Part shown: positions 1 through 10,079 of the stretch, piece by piece | Position numbering within the stretch: the stretch's first letter is position 1 | How the letters are laid out: the number at the start of each line of letters is the position of its first letter | Assembly: GCA_050949565.1 (NCBI GenBank) | Contig: JBMNFY010000008.1 | Coordinates: 160,001-224,000, forward strand | Reading direction: 5' to 3' | Source of the DNA: Kiritimatiellia bacterium | GTDB taxonomy: Bacteria > Verrucomicrobiota > Kiritimatiellia > RFP12 > UBA1067 | Length of the DNA stretch: 64,000 bases | The notes under the pieces: generated by a model | Told to the model about the DNA's origin: nothing | Seen by the model: only the letters and a program-made list of their open reading frames with translations | The model's database searches: none | Made by a program: the position numbers and the translations under genes

Positions 1-30
1 GTTCCGCTTGCACGTTTTCTTCGATTCCAT
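1..30 (-). CDS. 5' end of a gene running off the window edge (MESKKTCKRN...)
   Basis: Minus strand reads AAGGAG-tagt-ATG at 30; only 10 codons are visible. Confidence 0.6.
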   Translation of the reverse strand, partial: MESKKTCKRN

Positions 31-151
31 ACTACTCCTTCATTGCAATTCCAACGGAAGGCCACAGTATGCCAAAAATACGGCCGCAGGTCACGCCGGT
101 TGAGTATCTATTTTTTTAGGGCGCGCGTTGCCACTTCGGCGCTCTCCCGTC

Positions 152-175
152 CTGTGGGCGGCGTTCACGCCGCCG
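152..175. repeat. REP-like palindrome family A (CTGTGGGCGGCGTTYACGCCGCCG), copy 1
   Basis: Near-identical copies at 6342-6365 and 44252-44275; hairpin GGCGGCG...CGCCGCC; all intergenic. Confidence 0.85.
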
Positions 176-202
176 AGGCAAATGACACTTGCCCCGCCCC
201 TC

Positions 203-2134
203 TTACTTCTCGCCGCGCTGCCCGACGCCGCGCTGCATCTGCGCCTGTAACGCAGGCAGGTGGGTCTCGAACACGCCGCGCGGCGTAGTGCCGTGGCGCG
301 TGCAGAGCGCGGCTGACATGCCGACCACCTCGCCCATCATACCGCCCGTACGCATCACGCGCACCGAGCCGAGCGCCACATGGGTGACGCTGATGTTGCG
401 CCCCGCCATAAACAGATTGTCCAGCGAGCGGCTGTAGAGGCAGCGATACGGAATGGCGTACGGCTTGATGTTCCGGGTTTTGGAGATGGCACGGAACTCC
501 TGCCCGGGGAAGTGGCGGCTGTTCTCCGGATGCGGATAGTGAAGATCAATCCCCCACGTCGTGGTGACACAGGCATCGGGATATGCTTTTCTGTCCTCAA
601 GGTCCTGCTGCCGCAGGATCACATCGCCCAACAGCCGACGGCTCTCGCGCTTGCCGCCGATATAGGCCACCCACACCAGGCGGCGGTTCGCGAACGCCGC
701 GCGTTTCTCGCTCCGGTTTTTGATGAATGCCCAGTTGCCGAAAGTGGCGCGCAACGCATGGTCGCGAATCTGCTCAATTTCCGTTACCGAACTCATGGTC
801 AGGCCCGCCTCCCAATCCCAGTCGCCGCGCGTGAGCGGCTGCGCTGTCTCGGACGTGAAGGCCAGCGTCCACGGACACTCTGGGAACGGGACCGGCTCCG
901 ATGTCATTTCAGAGTACCACTGCACCGAAACCCCCATCATCAGACGGTCGGTCTCTTCAGGTGCCAGCGACTCGCCGGTCTCGCCTTTGGATTCGCGTCC
1001 CTCGCGAAAGTCGGCGCCGGCCAAGAACCCCACGCACCCATCGCCGGTACAATCAGCAAAGAGCGCACCACGGAAACGCTTGTCGCGTCCGGTGACAATG
1101 TCGCGCCCAATCACCGCCGTAATGCGCTTTCCCTCTTTCTCAACCGCTATCACGCGGGTATTCAAAACAAGGACAAGGTTGGTCTCAGCGGTCACCACTC
1201 GCAGTTTCTGCTCGTCTTCATAGTTGCTCGCAGGCCCCGCATTGTGAATCTTTTTCTCCGGATGCTGTTTGATTACCGCGAGCACCTCTTGACTGCGCGG
1301 CAGATCGGGCTGGCGTTTAGCATCGTACAGATTCCAATGGCCAATCGGACCGATCTCGTCAACCAGATCACCGAGCCGCGGATAAGGCTCTTGGTGAATC
1401 TGTCCCGAAAGCCCCACACGCACCTCGGAGCTGTTGTTGCCGCCGAGCACCGGACGATCCTGAATCAGCGCAACCTTACACCCGAGCCGTGCCGCGCTGA
1501 CCGCCGCGCAACAACCGGCCATGCCGCCGCCGACTACCACCAGATCGTAGTTCCCTGCATCGTCGGGCGACTCGGGCAACGCCAGCAGCCGACGGCGCAA
1601 CGCCGCCAGTTCCGGTCCGCTGTCCGGCGGGCGGAACTCAGGATCCGTCGCGAGCAGGATCGCATCGCAGCGACCGTTGAAACCGGTCAGGTCGCGTAAC
1701 GCGATCGAGACCAGTCCAGCCCGCAGATCCACCATCCCACCGTCCTGCCAATGCCACGCCGCTCCCTGCGTGCCGAAGAGCGGTTCAAGCGGCCGATCGT
1801 TGATGAGCACCTTGAACTTTCCCGGCGCACCCGGCGCTTGCCACGTCGCCACCCAGTCCCGCGTCCGAACCCAAACGCGGTACCGACCGGCTTCGGGCAC
1901 GGCGACACGCGTGACGGCATCCGCCACCGGCACACCGAGCCCGTGCGCCATCAGGTAAGGCGACCCCATTTGATCCATCGACTGCTGGTCAATCACCCAA
2001 CCGCCGGTTGAATCAAAACCCTCGGCCTCCACCAGCACCGTAGCGGCATGCAGGACCGCCGCGTATCCGGCGAGCAAAATCCCCATGGCAACTTGATGAC
2101 ATCTATTCGCACGCCTCGATTTCATCCTAACCAT
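203..2134 (-). CDS. Secreted FAD-dependent oxidoreductase (FAD_oxidored-like) with N-terminal beta-sandwich domain
   Basis: Signal peptide; Rossmann motif VVVGGGMAG; LGGNNSSE, DCTGDG, KRESRRL, IPYRCLYS and RVMRTGG motifs. Confidence 0.85.
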   Translation of the reverse strand: MVRMKSRRANRCHQVAMGILLAGYAAVLHAATVLVEAEGFDSTGGWVIDQQSMDQMGSPYLMAHGLGVPVADAVTRVAVPEAGRYRVWVRTRDWVATWQAPGAPGKFKVLINDRPLEPLFGTQGAAWHWQDGGMVDLRAGLVSIALRDLTGFNGRCDAILLATDPEFRPPDSGPELAALRRRLLALPESPDDAGNYDLVVVGGGMAGCCAAVSAARLGCKVALIQDRPVLGGNNSSEVRVGLSGQIHQEPYPRLGDLVDEIGPIGHWNLYDAKRQPDLPRSQEVLAVIKQHPEKKIHNAGPASNYEDEQKLRVVTAETNLVLVLNTRVIAVEKEGKRITAVIGRDIVTGRDKRFRGALFADCTGDGCVGFLAGADFREGRESKGETGESLAPEETDRLMMGVSVQWYSEMTSEPVPFPECPWTLAFTSETAQPLTRGDWDWEAGLTMSSVTEIEQIRDHALRATFGNWAFIKNRSEKRAAFANRRLVWVAYIGGKRESRRLLGDVILRQQDLEDRKAYPDACVTTTWGIDLHYPHPENSRHFPGQEFRAISKTRNIKPYAIPYRCLYSRSLDNLFMAGRNISVTHVALGSVRVMRTGGMMGEVVGMSAALCTRHGTTPRGVFETHLPALQAQMQRGVGQRGEK

Positions 2135-2178
2135 CCTTCCTCTTCTTTAAGGCTCTTGAAAAGCCCCTTGCTTGCAGG

Positions 2179-2229
2179 TGTGGCACGGGCATCTTGCCCG
2201 TGTTTCATGGGCGGGACGCCCATGCCACG
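2179..2229. repeat. REP-like palindrome family B (TGTGGCACGGGCATCTTGCCCGTGT) in a composite with ATGGGCGGGACGCCCATGCCAC
   Basis: Identical core at 3334-3358; nested hairpins. Confidence 0.8.
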
Positions 2230-2291
2230 GGGGACAAGAGTCTCCTTTACTTAACACGCTCACGCTTCGCCATCCGCCGTATTGGCCACCC

Positions 2292-3233
2292 CTACGGCAT
2301 CCGCTTCACTTCGATGTCATACCGCACGGTAAGCGTCGCGCCAGCCTCCAATCCTAAAGGTTCGTGAAAAGCCAGCGACGGACCAACCAGAAAATAACCG
2401 CGCCCCTTGTGCGCTTTGAGATCATGCCGTGCGAACCAAGGCGTCGGATAGCGCGGATTGCCGCCGCGATCGCGGATCACGATCCGCGCACGAGCGCCGG
2501 ACTTCGCCGCCACAGCTATGACCTCCATCCGCTCACTCGATTCGCCGCAGGCCTGAACATCGGCCTTACCTTCAGCATTCGCATAGCGGCAGGCAAGCGC
2601 GTCAACATCGGGGAAGCGCCACATCAACCCCGCATAACCGCCACTGGCCCAATTGCCATCCTTGCCACGTTTGGCGGGCGTACAGGCAAACTCCACCGCT
2701 CCGCCCTGCGCCGTGAATGCGCTCTCCCACGCGATGGTATAGTCGCCGTTGAGCGCTGTGGTCACTTGCACCGTACGCGTTTCGCGCACGAGTTCGCGCC
2801 CGTCCCCCAGATAGGCCAGCGTCGCCTCGATCATCACCTGCTTGTCGGGCGATGGCGTGATCCGCTGCGCCACCACGCGTGTGACGGCGTTGGAGGTGGG
2901 CTCCCAAAAGTTATATCCGTTGATCAATTTCCACGAAAACCACAAGCCCAGATGCCACGCATGATCCGGCGGACGGAAAGCGGTCAATGCCTCGCCCGTA
3001 CCAGGCAACGCCAGCGGATGAAAGTAGGGTTTACCCTCACGGCCCTGCGGCACATAAGTCCAGCACAGCGTCTGACCGACGACCATAGAGACCGCACCGC
3101 TCGCGGCATCCGTTTCCAACCTGCGTGCATCCGCGACCGGCTCACCTACGGACTGCACGGCAAGACACCCCGCCAATGCCACAACCGCCCACGTCCGGAA
3201 TCTGTTCTTGTTCTTAATCAACTCCCTCTTCAC
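2292..3233 (-). CDS. Secreted PmoA-family (DUF6807-like) protein, probably carbohydrate-related; not methane monooxygenase
   Basis: KPYFHPL, PPDHAWHLGLWFSW, GGYAGLMWRF and PTPWFAR motifs; start reassigned to GTG 3233 because the upstream ORF portion is repeat DNA. Confidence 0.7.
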   Translation of the reverse strand: MKRELIKNKNRFRTWAVVALAGCLAVQSVGEPVADARRLETDAASGAVSMVVGQTLCWTYVPQGREGKPYFHPLALPGTGEALTAFRPPDHAWHLGLWFSWKLINGYNFWEPTSNAVTRVVAQRITPSPDKQVMIEATLAYLGDGRELVRETRTVQVTTALNGDYTIAWESAFTAQGGAVEFACTPAKRGKDGNWASGGYAGLMWRFPDVDALACRYANAEGKADVQACGESSERMEVIAVAAKSGARARIVIRDRGGNPRYPTPWFARHDLKAHKGRGYFLVGPSLAFHEPLGLEAGATLTVRYDIEVKRMP

Positions 3234-3333
3234 GACACCGCATCCCTTTCTCAGCGTTGTCTTCAGTGTATCCGCTTCTCGTTGGGAAGACAAGTGGTCT
3301 AAATACCTGTCCTTAGTTGCAGATGCCGAGCTG

Positions 3334-3515
3334 TGTGGCACGGGCATCTTGCCCGTGTGGCGGCGTGAAACACCGCCCGGACGAGCAACGCTCGTCCCTC
3401 CCGGCGCTGCGCGGGGCGGGTACAAGCCCGGCGCGGAGCGGCACCCGCGGTACCCGTAGTGTCGGCAGGATCGGCAGTGCCGGGGAGCCCCGCGCACAGC
3501 GCGGCCGCGCCCCCT
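3334..3515. repeat. Mosaic intergenic repeat: family B, family D (CGAGCAACGCTCGTCCCTCCCGG) and an ~75-bp element shared with 50150-50222
   Basis: GGCGCGGAGCGGCACCCGC...CGGCAGGATCGGCAG...CGGGGA.CCC matches the reverse complement of 50150-50222; family D recurs at 44278-44301. Confidence 0.75.
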
Positions 3516-3589
3516 AAAACCTCTGCGTCTCTGCGTTAAATAAAGCCGAGCAGCGCCGCGACAAACTCACGACCTAAAGAGCAACTGCT

Positions 3590-6265
3590 CTACTGCACGC
3601 GAAGCTGCGTTCCTGGCGGGGGGATAGGTGGCGGATTGCCGATGCCGGTGAGCGTCACATCATCCACATACCAGCCGACACTGGACGTGCTCGCATCGGT
3701 GCCCAGACGCCACCTGATGCGCAACGAGTGACCGGCATACTTTGCGGTATTCGTCAGATTCACCACCACTTTGACAAACCCCGAACTGGTCCCCGTCCAC
3801 GCCCGGCGTATGCCCAGCGGATTGTTTCCTACTAGCGAAGTCGTATAATCGCCATATGCAAAAGAGGCACCGGAACCGTAGTCAGTCACGTTAAACCAAT
3901 CGCCGTCGTCCAGCGAAAACTCCAGCACGCCACCGTCCGCCTTTCTCTCGAACGTATAGTCATGCCAGAACGAAAGGCTCAGGTTCTGCGCCGCAGCCGG
4001 GATCGCAATCGGCGGCGAGACCGCACTGGTGTCGGAGTACGTCGCCACCGCAGGCGAGTATAGAGAGCGTGTCGGCGAAACCGCCTTATCGGTGCTCAGA
4101 GCCCACTGGCTTGAGCCGACATCAGATGAGAACGTCCAGCCTTTGGCAACAATGTCGTTGGTCTCGAACGGTTCATACCAGAGCGTTTCAGGCACTGCGA
4201 ACGCATTCCACAGCACAGCCCGCTGTCCGTCCGGATTGGTAACCGTCATACGCCACCAGCCACCGGCCATGCCGGTTGTATCAATCTTCGCGATGGCGCT
4301 GTCGCCCAGTGCCTCAACCTGGCTGCCCGGCACCTCGTCCGCCCCCTGCTTCAGGCTTACCTTGGCCCCCAACATCAAGTGTTCACCACTCAGGGTGAAG
4401 TCGAGCACGCCGACACCGGTGAACGGCGACGATGCAGTCAACACCGGCGCAGGCGCGCGCTGGTCTGGCGCGACACCGCTCAGGATCAGCGAGAAGGGCT
4501 GGTTACCGCCGGTCAGCGTACCCGCAAAGGTTACGCGCGCCGTGTATTCGCCGCTGACGGCAGGCGCGGCAATCAGCACCTGCTCCACGTTGTCCGTCGT
4601 GTTTGAGCCGACAGTCGCGGCGTACGCACACGACTCCAAGCTCCAGTCGCCCACGAACGGCATGACCCACGGCTGATGGACGACAGCATCAAGCCCGATC
4701 ACGCGCAGGTCGAGGTTGTTGACCAAGCGACTCGTCCGGTCATCGTGTCCGCTGGTGGCGGTTCCGGCCGGATCGGTCCAGCAGAGCGTCGCTTTGATGG
4801 GGCTTGCGCCATCCCACGTAAAGGGCACATCAACCTGCGTGCGCGTGGCCGTCACCCGATTCTCCACCACATGCCGGGTGCCGGCGTTGGCGCGATAGGC
4901 AGCCAACAGGTCGGCCGCCGCCTGTACATTGATCAGGCCCCATCCATATTCGTAGTCCGGTCCCGCCCGCCCCAGATCGTCCGCCGTGTGGATCAGCAAC
5001 GCCTTCAACGTGCTGGCGCGCATCACCTGATTGGTGAAGAGTGTGTGAAACAGATGCACCAGCAACTGCGCCGAACCCGCCGCGCTCGGCGTGGCCATGC
5101 TGGTGCCGTACATCGATTTGTAGGACGCGTCATCCGTATTCGAAGTCGACCATAGATAGTAGCCATTGGCCGTCACATCGGGTTTGATGCGTCCGTCGTC
5201 GGTCGGCCCCCAGGATGAAAAGCTGGTCATCCCCGCGTAGCCCAGATTCCGTACCCCGCCGCTGACCGCGCCACGCAGCGCACCAACAGTCAGGACGTTC
5301 TTGCCGAGGCCATCATAACTCAGCGTGTCGTAGCCGTTTTTGTAAACCTTGTCACCGGGCGGATGCAGCGCCGGATCGTAAGCCACCGATGCGCCTCCGG
5401 GAATGAGCGCCACGCTGTCGCCCTGTTTGGGATTGTCGAGACGGTCATTGCCAGCCGCCCAGAAGATCAGGTAGTACGGCAGCGAATAGGCCAACGTGTC
5501 GATGTCGCGCGCATAGGCGTTGTACTGGCCGAAGTGATCCTCGTATCCAGCCGCGTCCATGCCTGTGCCATACCAGGTATAGGCCGGCGACTGGGTGTAA
5601 GCCCATCCCGCATACATGCCGTAGCTATGGCTGGAGATATTGATCATGCCGGCCTCGCCGGGTACTGCGGCACCTCGTTCGGCCATCTCGCTGACGTCGT
5701 CGGTCCAGTCGTAGCTGTCTACGCGCACAGCCGGCGCCATGCCTTTGGCCGCAGCATCGATTCCGGCGGCGCAGATCGTGCCCACCACGTGCGAGGCGTG
5801 GTCGGAGGAGGCGCTGGCCCCGTCCATCGAGGTGACGCGTCCGCCATACTCCCGATGTGTCGTGCGGGCTGAACTGGCATCCCACACCCCCACAGTCCCG
5901 CCCTCACCGTTGACGCCGTAAGGCGCAACCCACAGCAGGTTCGCCCCGGACGAAATTCCAGCGTTAGCGTTACAGGTGGTACGGTAGAGCGGCCGTTCGC
6001 CGTCAAAGTCCATCAGTTCGAACGCGCCGCCGCCGGGCTTCTCCCCCTTGATCGGCAAGCCGCGCTGCTTCGCGCGCGCCCAAGCCGCCTCGCGCCGTGT
6101 GCGCGCGGCTTCGGCCTGCGTGGTCACCGTACGCCGACGCACCTCAGGATCGCGCCATACCGCAGGCGCGTTGACCACATCGGCGGCACCCTGCCGCGTC
6201 TGCGGCCAGACGGCAAACGCCCATGCCGCCATCGCTGTCATAACGATCACAGCACGTTTTTTCAT
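3590..6265 (-). CDS. Secreted S8 (subtilisin-like) serine peptidase with C-terminal accessory beta domains
   Basis: Triad motifs VGVWD, DHASHVVGT and GTSMATP; oxyanion AAGND; signal peptide from ATG 6265; C-terminal jelly-roll (GWYVDDV). Confidence 0.92.
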   Translation of the reverse strand: MKKRAVIVMTAMAAWAFAVWPQTRQGAADVVNAPAVWRDPEVRRRTVTTQAEAARTRREAAWARAKQRGLPIKGEKPGGGAFELMDFDGERPLYRTTCNANAGISSGANLLWVAPYGVNGEGGTVGVWDASSARTTHREYGGRVTSMDGASASSDHASHVVGTICAAGIDAAAKGMAPAVRVDSYDWTDDVSEMAERGAAVPGEAGMINISSHSYGMYAGWAYTQSPAYTWYGTGMDAAGYEDHFGQYNAYARDIDTLAYSLPYYLIFWAAGNDRLDNPKQGDSVALIPGGASVAYDPALHPPGDKVYKNGYDTLSYDGLGKNVLTVGALRGAVSGGVRNLGYAGMTSFSSWGPTDDGRIKPDVTANGYYLWSTSNTDDASYKSMYGTSMATPSAAGSAQLLVHLFHTLFTNQVMRASTLKALLIHTADDLGRAGPDYEYGWGLINVQAAADLLAAYRANAGTRHVVENRVTATRTQVDVPFTWDGASPIKATLCWTDPAGTATSGHDDRTSRLVNNLDLRVIGLDAVVHQPWVMPFVGDWSLESCAYAATVGSNTTDNVEQVLIAAPAVSGEYTARVTFAGTLTGGNQPFSLILSGVAPDQRAPAPVLTASSPFTGVGVLDFTLSGEHLMLGAKVSLKQGADEVPGSQVEALGDSAIAKIDTTGMAGGWWRMTVTNPDGQRAVLWNAFAVPETLWYEPFETNDIVAKGWTFSSDVGSSQWALSTDKAVSPTRSLYSPAVATYSDTSAVSPPIAIPAAAQNLSLSFWHDYTFERKADGGVLEFSLDDGDWFNVTDYGSGASFAYGDYTTSLVGNNPLGIRRAWTGTSSGFVKVVVNLTNTAKYAGHSLRIRWRLGTDASTSSVGWYVDDVTLTGIGNPPPIPPPGTQLRVQ

Positions 6266-6341
6266 GCGTTTGCCGTCCGTCGCCCGCCTTATTGCGACCA
6301 CCCAGTGGTCGCAATGTTGAGTGTAAAATGCGCACCCCGTT

Positions 6342-6365
6342 CTGTGGGCGGCGTTTACGCCGCCG
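6342..6365. repeat. REP-like palindrome family A, copy 2, just after the ppdK stop
   Basis: Identical to 44252-44275. Confidence 0.85.
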
Positions 6366-6368
6366 ACC

Positions 6369-9236
6369 TTAGCCCCGCAACGCCGCCTGCGCCGCAGCCA
6401 GCCGCGCGATCGGCACGCGGTAAGGCGAGCAGCTCACGTAGTCGAAGCCGAGCTTGTAGCAGAAGGCCACCGTCTTCGGGTCGCCGCCATGCTCACCGCA
6501 CACCCCGACCTTCAGCTTGGGCTTCACGCCGCGGGCGTAGTTCATGGCAATCTCGATCATGCGGCCCACACCCTCCATGTCCAGCACCTGGAAGGGGTCG
6601 TAGTCGTAGAAGCCGCGCGACACATAATCGCCCAGGAACTTGCCGGCGTCATCGCGCGAGAAGCCGCAGGTCATCTGCGTCAGGTCGTTCGTGCCGAACG
6701 AGAAGAAGTCGGCCTCGGCCGCGATCTGATCGGCGGTGATCGCCGCGCGCGGCACCTCGATCATCGTGCCGACCGTGATCTGCAGCTTGACCTTCTTGGC
6801 CTTCTCGACCTCCGCCACCGTCTTGAGGATCAGCTCCTTCTGGGCGACCAGCTCTTTGACGTTGCCCACCAGCGGCACCATGATCTCAGGCCGCGACCCC
6901 TTGACCGCAGCGGCGGCCTCGCAAATCGCGCGCACCTGCATCTCGGTCACCTCGGGATAGCTGATGCCCAAGCGGCAGCCACGGTGGCCCAGCATCGGGT
7001 TGGTCTCGTGCAGTGACTCCACGACCTCTTGGATGTGCGCCACATCGACCCCCATGACCTTCGCCATCTCAGCCTGTCCGGCGGCATCCTGCGGCAGGAA
7101 CTCATGCAGCGGCGGATCCAGCAACCGCACCGTGCAGGGCCGCCCCTTGAGTGCCTTGAACATGCCGATGAAGTCCTTGCGCTGCAACGGCAACAGCTCT
7201 TTCAGCGCCTGATTGTACTGCTTGAGCGGCGCGGCCAATTCGCTTTCGAGACGAGCGCGCTCCTCGACGTCGGTGTCCGCGCAAGCGGCAATCGCCTGAC
7301 GCAGATTCTTGACGGTCTCCGCCACGAGAATCATGCGGCGGAAACTGGTGACGCGGTCACCCTCGAAGAACATGTGCTCGGTACGGCAGAGGCCGATACC
7401 CTCAGCGCCGAACGAGACCGCCCTGGCGGTGTCGTGCGGGGTGTCCGCATTGGTGCGTACGCCCATCTTGCGGTACTTGTCGGCCAGCGCCATGATTGTG
7501 GCGAAGGGGCCGGTCAGCTTCGGCGCCTGCGTCTCAATCTGACCCTCGTACACCGCGCCGGTCGATCCATTGAGCGAAATCCAGTCGCCCTCCTTCAGCA
7601 CCAGCTTACCGCAGGAGATCGTCTTCCTGTCATAGCTGATGTGAAGCTCACCACACCCTGAAACGCAGCACTTGCCCATACCGCGCGCGACCACCGCCGC
7701 GTGCGAGGTCATGCCGCCGCGCGCCGTCAGGATGCCGACCGCCACATTCATGCCGCCGATATCCTCGGGGCTGGTCTCGATGCGGCAGAGAATGACCTTC
7801 TTGCCATCCTTGGCCCACTGCTCGGCCGTGGCCGCGTTGAAAACGATCTGGCCGGTGGCCGCGCCCGGCGAAGCCGGCAGACCGACCGTAATCCGCTTGG
7901 CCTTGGCCTCGGCGGCCTTGACGAAAACCGGATGCAGCAACTGATCAAGCTGCGCAGGCTCGACGCGCATCACTGCGGTCTTCTCGTCGATGAGCTTCTC
8001 CTTGATAAGGTCCGTCGCGATCTTGACCGCCGCCGCCGCCGTACGCTTGCCGTTACGGGTCTGCAACATGTAGAGCGTGCCATCCTCAATCGTGAACTCG
8101 AGATCCTGCATATCGCGGTAGTGACGCTCAAGCTTGACACGAATCGCGTCGAGCTGCTTGAAGACTTTGGGCATGACCTCCTCCAGCGACGGATACTGCG
8201 CCTTGCGCACCGCCTCGGTGATCGAACGTGCCTTGGCCCACTCGCGCGAACCCTTGATCGTGATCTGCTGCGGCGTGCGGATACCCGCCACCACGTCTTC
8301 GCCCTGCGCGTTAATCAGGTATTCACCGTAGAAATACTTGTGCTCACCGGTTGACGGATCGCGGGTGAAGGCCACACCGGTCGCCGAATTGTCGCCGGAG
8401 TTGCCGAACACCATCGCCTGAACGTTTACCGCCGTGCCCAGCAGGCCGCGGATATCGTTCAACTCGCGGTACTTGATGGCGCGCGGGTTGTTCCACGACC
8501 CGAAGACCGCACTTATGCTGAGCGTAAGCTGCTCCATCGCGTCAGCCGGGAAATCGCACCCCTTGGTCTTCTTGACCATCTTGCGGTAGCGGGACACCAC
8601 CTCTTGCAGGTCTTCCGCCATCAACTCAGAGTCCAGCTTATATCCCTTGGCGCGCTTCACCGCTTCCAACTCAAGCTCGAACTGGTGGTGGTCAACACCC
8701 AGCACCACGTTGCCGAACATCTGGATGAAGCGGCGATAGGAGTCCCACACGAAACGGGGATTGTTGGTGCGGGCGATCATCGCCTCGACCGTATCGGGAT
8801 TCAGGCCGAGGTTCAAAACGGTGTCCATCATACCGGGCATCGAGGCCGCGGCACCGGAGCGCACCGAGACCAACAGCGGATTCGGGCCTTTGCCGAACGT
8901 CTTGCCCGTCGCCTTTTCCAGACACTTGAGCGCGGCCTGCACCTCAGCGCGGATCAAATCGTGCAGCGCCTTCTCGCCGATCTCATAGTACTTGGCGCAC
9001 GCTTCCGTCGTGATGGTAAATCCTGGGGGAACTGGCAAGCCGAGTCCGGCCATGTCGGCAAGGTTTGCGCCCTTGCCCCCGAGCAACGTCCGCATCGTGA
9101 CATCGCCCTCAGACTGATCCGCACCAAAGAAATAGACGTACTTCGCCCGCTTCGTTTTCGACGCCGCCTTAGCCTTTGCAGGGGCAGCCTTTTTCACAGT
9201 TTTCTTCACAGGTTTCCTCACAGGTTTTGCACACAT
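6369..9236 (-). CDS. ppdK: Pyruvate, phosphate dikinase
   Basis: LLGGKGANL, LLVSVRSGA, GGMTSHAAVVARG (phospho-His), GIGLCRTEHMF, FSFGTNDLTQ, GVCGEHGGD. Confidence 0.98.
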   Translation of the reverse strand: MCAKPVRKPVKKTVKKAAPAKAKAASKTKRAKYVYFFGADQSEGDVTMRTLLGGKGANLADMAGLGLPVPPGFTITTEACAKYYEIGEKALHDLIRAEVQAALKCLEKATGKTFGKGPNPLLVSVRSGAAASMPGMMDTVLNLGLNPDTVEAMIARTNNPRFVWDSYRRFIQMFGNVVLGVDHHQFELELEAVKRAKGYKLDSELMAEDLQEVVSRYRKMVKKTKGCDFPADAMEQLTLSISAVFGSWNNPRAIKYRELNDIRGLLGTAVNVQAMVFGNSGDNSATGVAFTRDPSTGEHKYFYGEYLINAQGEDVVAGIRTPQQITIKGSREWAKARSITEAVRKAQYPSLEEVMPKVFKQLDAIRVKLERHYRDMQDLEFTIEDGTLYMLQTRNGKRTAAAAVKIATDLIKEKLIDEKTAVMRVEPAQLDQLLHPVFVKAAEAKAKRITVGLPASPGAATGQIVFNAATAEQWAKDGKKVILCRIETSPEDIGGMNVAVGILTARGGMTSHAAVVARGMGKCCVSGCGELHISYDRKTISCGKLVLKEGDWISLNGSTGAVYEGQIETQAPKLTGPFATIMALADKYRKMGVRTNADTPHDTARAVSFGAEGIGLCRTEHMFFEGDRVTSFRRMILVAETVKNLRQAIAACADTDVEERARLESELAAPLKQYNQALKELLPLQRKDFIGMFKALKGRPCTVRLLDPPLHEFLPQDAAGQAEMAKVMGVDVAHIQEVVESLHETNPMLGHRGCRLGISYPEVTEMQVRAICEAAAAVKGSRPEIMVPLVGNVKELVAQKELILKTVAEVEKAKKVKLQITVGTMIEVPRAAITADQIAAEADFFSFGTNDLTQMTCGFSRDDAGKFLGDYVSRGFYDYDPFQVLDMEGVGRMIEIAMNYARGVKPKLKVGVCGEHGGDPKTVAFCYKLGFDYVSCSPYRVPIARLAAAQAALRG

Positions 9237-9267
9237 AACTTCACTTCCTCTGTTAGCAACGCGGGGA

Positions 9268-9295
9268 AGTATAGCAAAGCCCTCCCGTGAGTCAA
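9268..9295 (-). promoter_or_regulatory. Sigma70-type promoter of ppdK
   Basis: Minus strand TTGACT-16 nt-TATACT with TG extension. Confidence 0.7.
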
Positions 9296-9332
9296 ATCCC
9301 TCAGTCCTTAGAGCGTTAAACGTTTTAACTCA

Positions 9333-9363
9333 GAACGCTGAACGTCGAACTCTGAACTCCGAA
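9333..9363. repeat. Degenerate heptamer tandem repeat (GAACGCT/GAACGTC/GAACTCT/GAACTCC)
   Basis: Four 7-nt units seen directly. Confidence 0.65.
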
Positions 9364-9518
9364 GTGGAAAAATCCTTGCCTATAACTTACACGATCAAGG
9401 TTGTCCTCATTTATATTCCCGTGCGAAGCGCGGGCGGCGGGCTAACCGGTTACCAAAAAAGCGCTTTTCGCCATTCGCTATTCCCCCGCTTTGTGCGATA
9501 ATGGCGACCGGAGTTTGC

Positions 9519-10079
9519 ATGAATAAGACCACGCCATCCTTTGTGCGGAACGGGTACTGCGTCTCTTGCGACAGGGCTGCGGAGCGCCGGGCGATCACTT
9601 GCCCCTACTGCGGTGAGCAGGTCTGGCACCCCAGGGCCTGGCATGTGACGCGCTGGTGCGTGCTGCTGGCACCTGCGGTGTTGGTGTCGATCGCAGTGGC
9701 TTGGCTCACGGCGTCGCCCGGCTGGCACGCGATCTTCCATCACCTGCGCTCAGCGCCGCTGATCGCGGCTTGGCTCGCGGCGAGCGGTTTGGGTTTGCTC
9801 GTGCTGCCCGCCGATACGGACAGCAGTGCCGCAGGCGCGAAAGCCGACCTGCGCCGTCTACAACTGGAGGCCATTCTCGGCGGCATCGCACAGGCTTTGT
9901 CCGCCGTAATCGGGACCGCCCTACTTGCTGCCATCCCGCGTCTCTCTCTGCCCGTCCTGTTGGTCGGCTTCGCGCTTTTGACCTGTGCCGTGCTCCTACC
10001 ACGTTTTTTCCGCATTCCGTGGTGTCGGCTTGCCGCCGCTGCGGCATTGGCGATCGCCGCAGCCATCAGTATACTTTAG
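9519..10079 (+). CDS. Membrane protein with N-terminal zinc ribbon
   Basis: CVSC...CPYC followed by about five hydrophobic segments; start could be 9501. Confidence 0.75.
   Translation: MNKTTPSFVRNGYCVSCDRAAERRAITCPYCGEQVWHPRAWHVTRWCVLLAPAVLVSIAVAWLTASPGWHAIFHHLRSAPLIAAWLAASGLGLLVLPADTDSSAAGAKADLRRLQLEAILGGIAQALSAVIGTALLAAIPRLSLPVLLVGFALLTCAVLLPRFFRIPWCRLAAAAALAIAAAISIL

Noticed and set aside
380-1699. 439-aa + strand ORF and many similar long overlapping ORFs
   Set aside because: Antisense shadows of well-supported genes in GC-rich DNA; no motifs
2179-2200. TGGCACGGGCATCTTGC as a sigma-54 promoter, given rpoN in the window
   Set aside because: GG-to-GC spacing is 12 nt rather than the required 10, and the sequence is part of a repeated palindrome
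2292-3233. Methane monooxygenase subunit, from the PmoA family name
   Set aside because: Soluble secreted protein with no pmoB or pmoC neighbours; the family name is misleading
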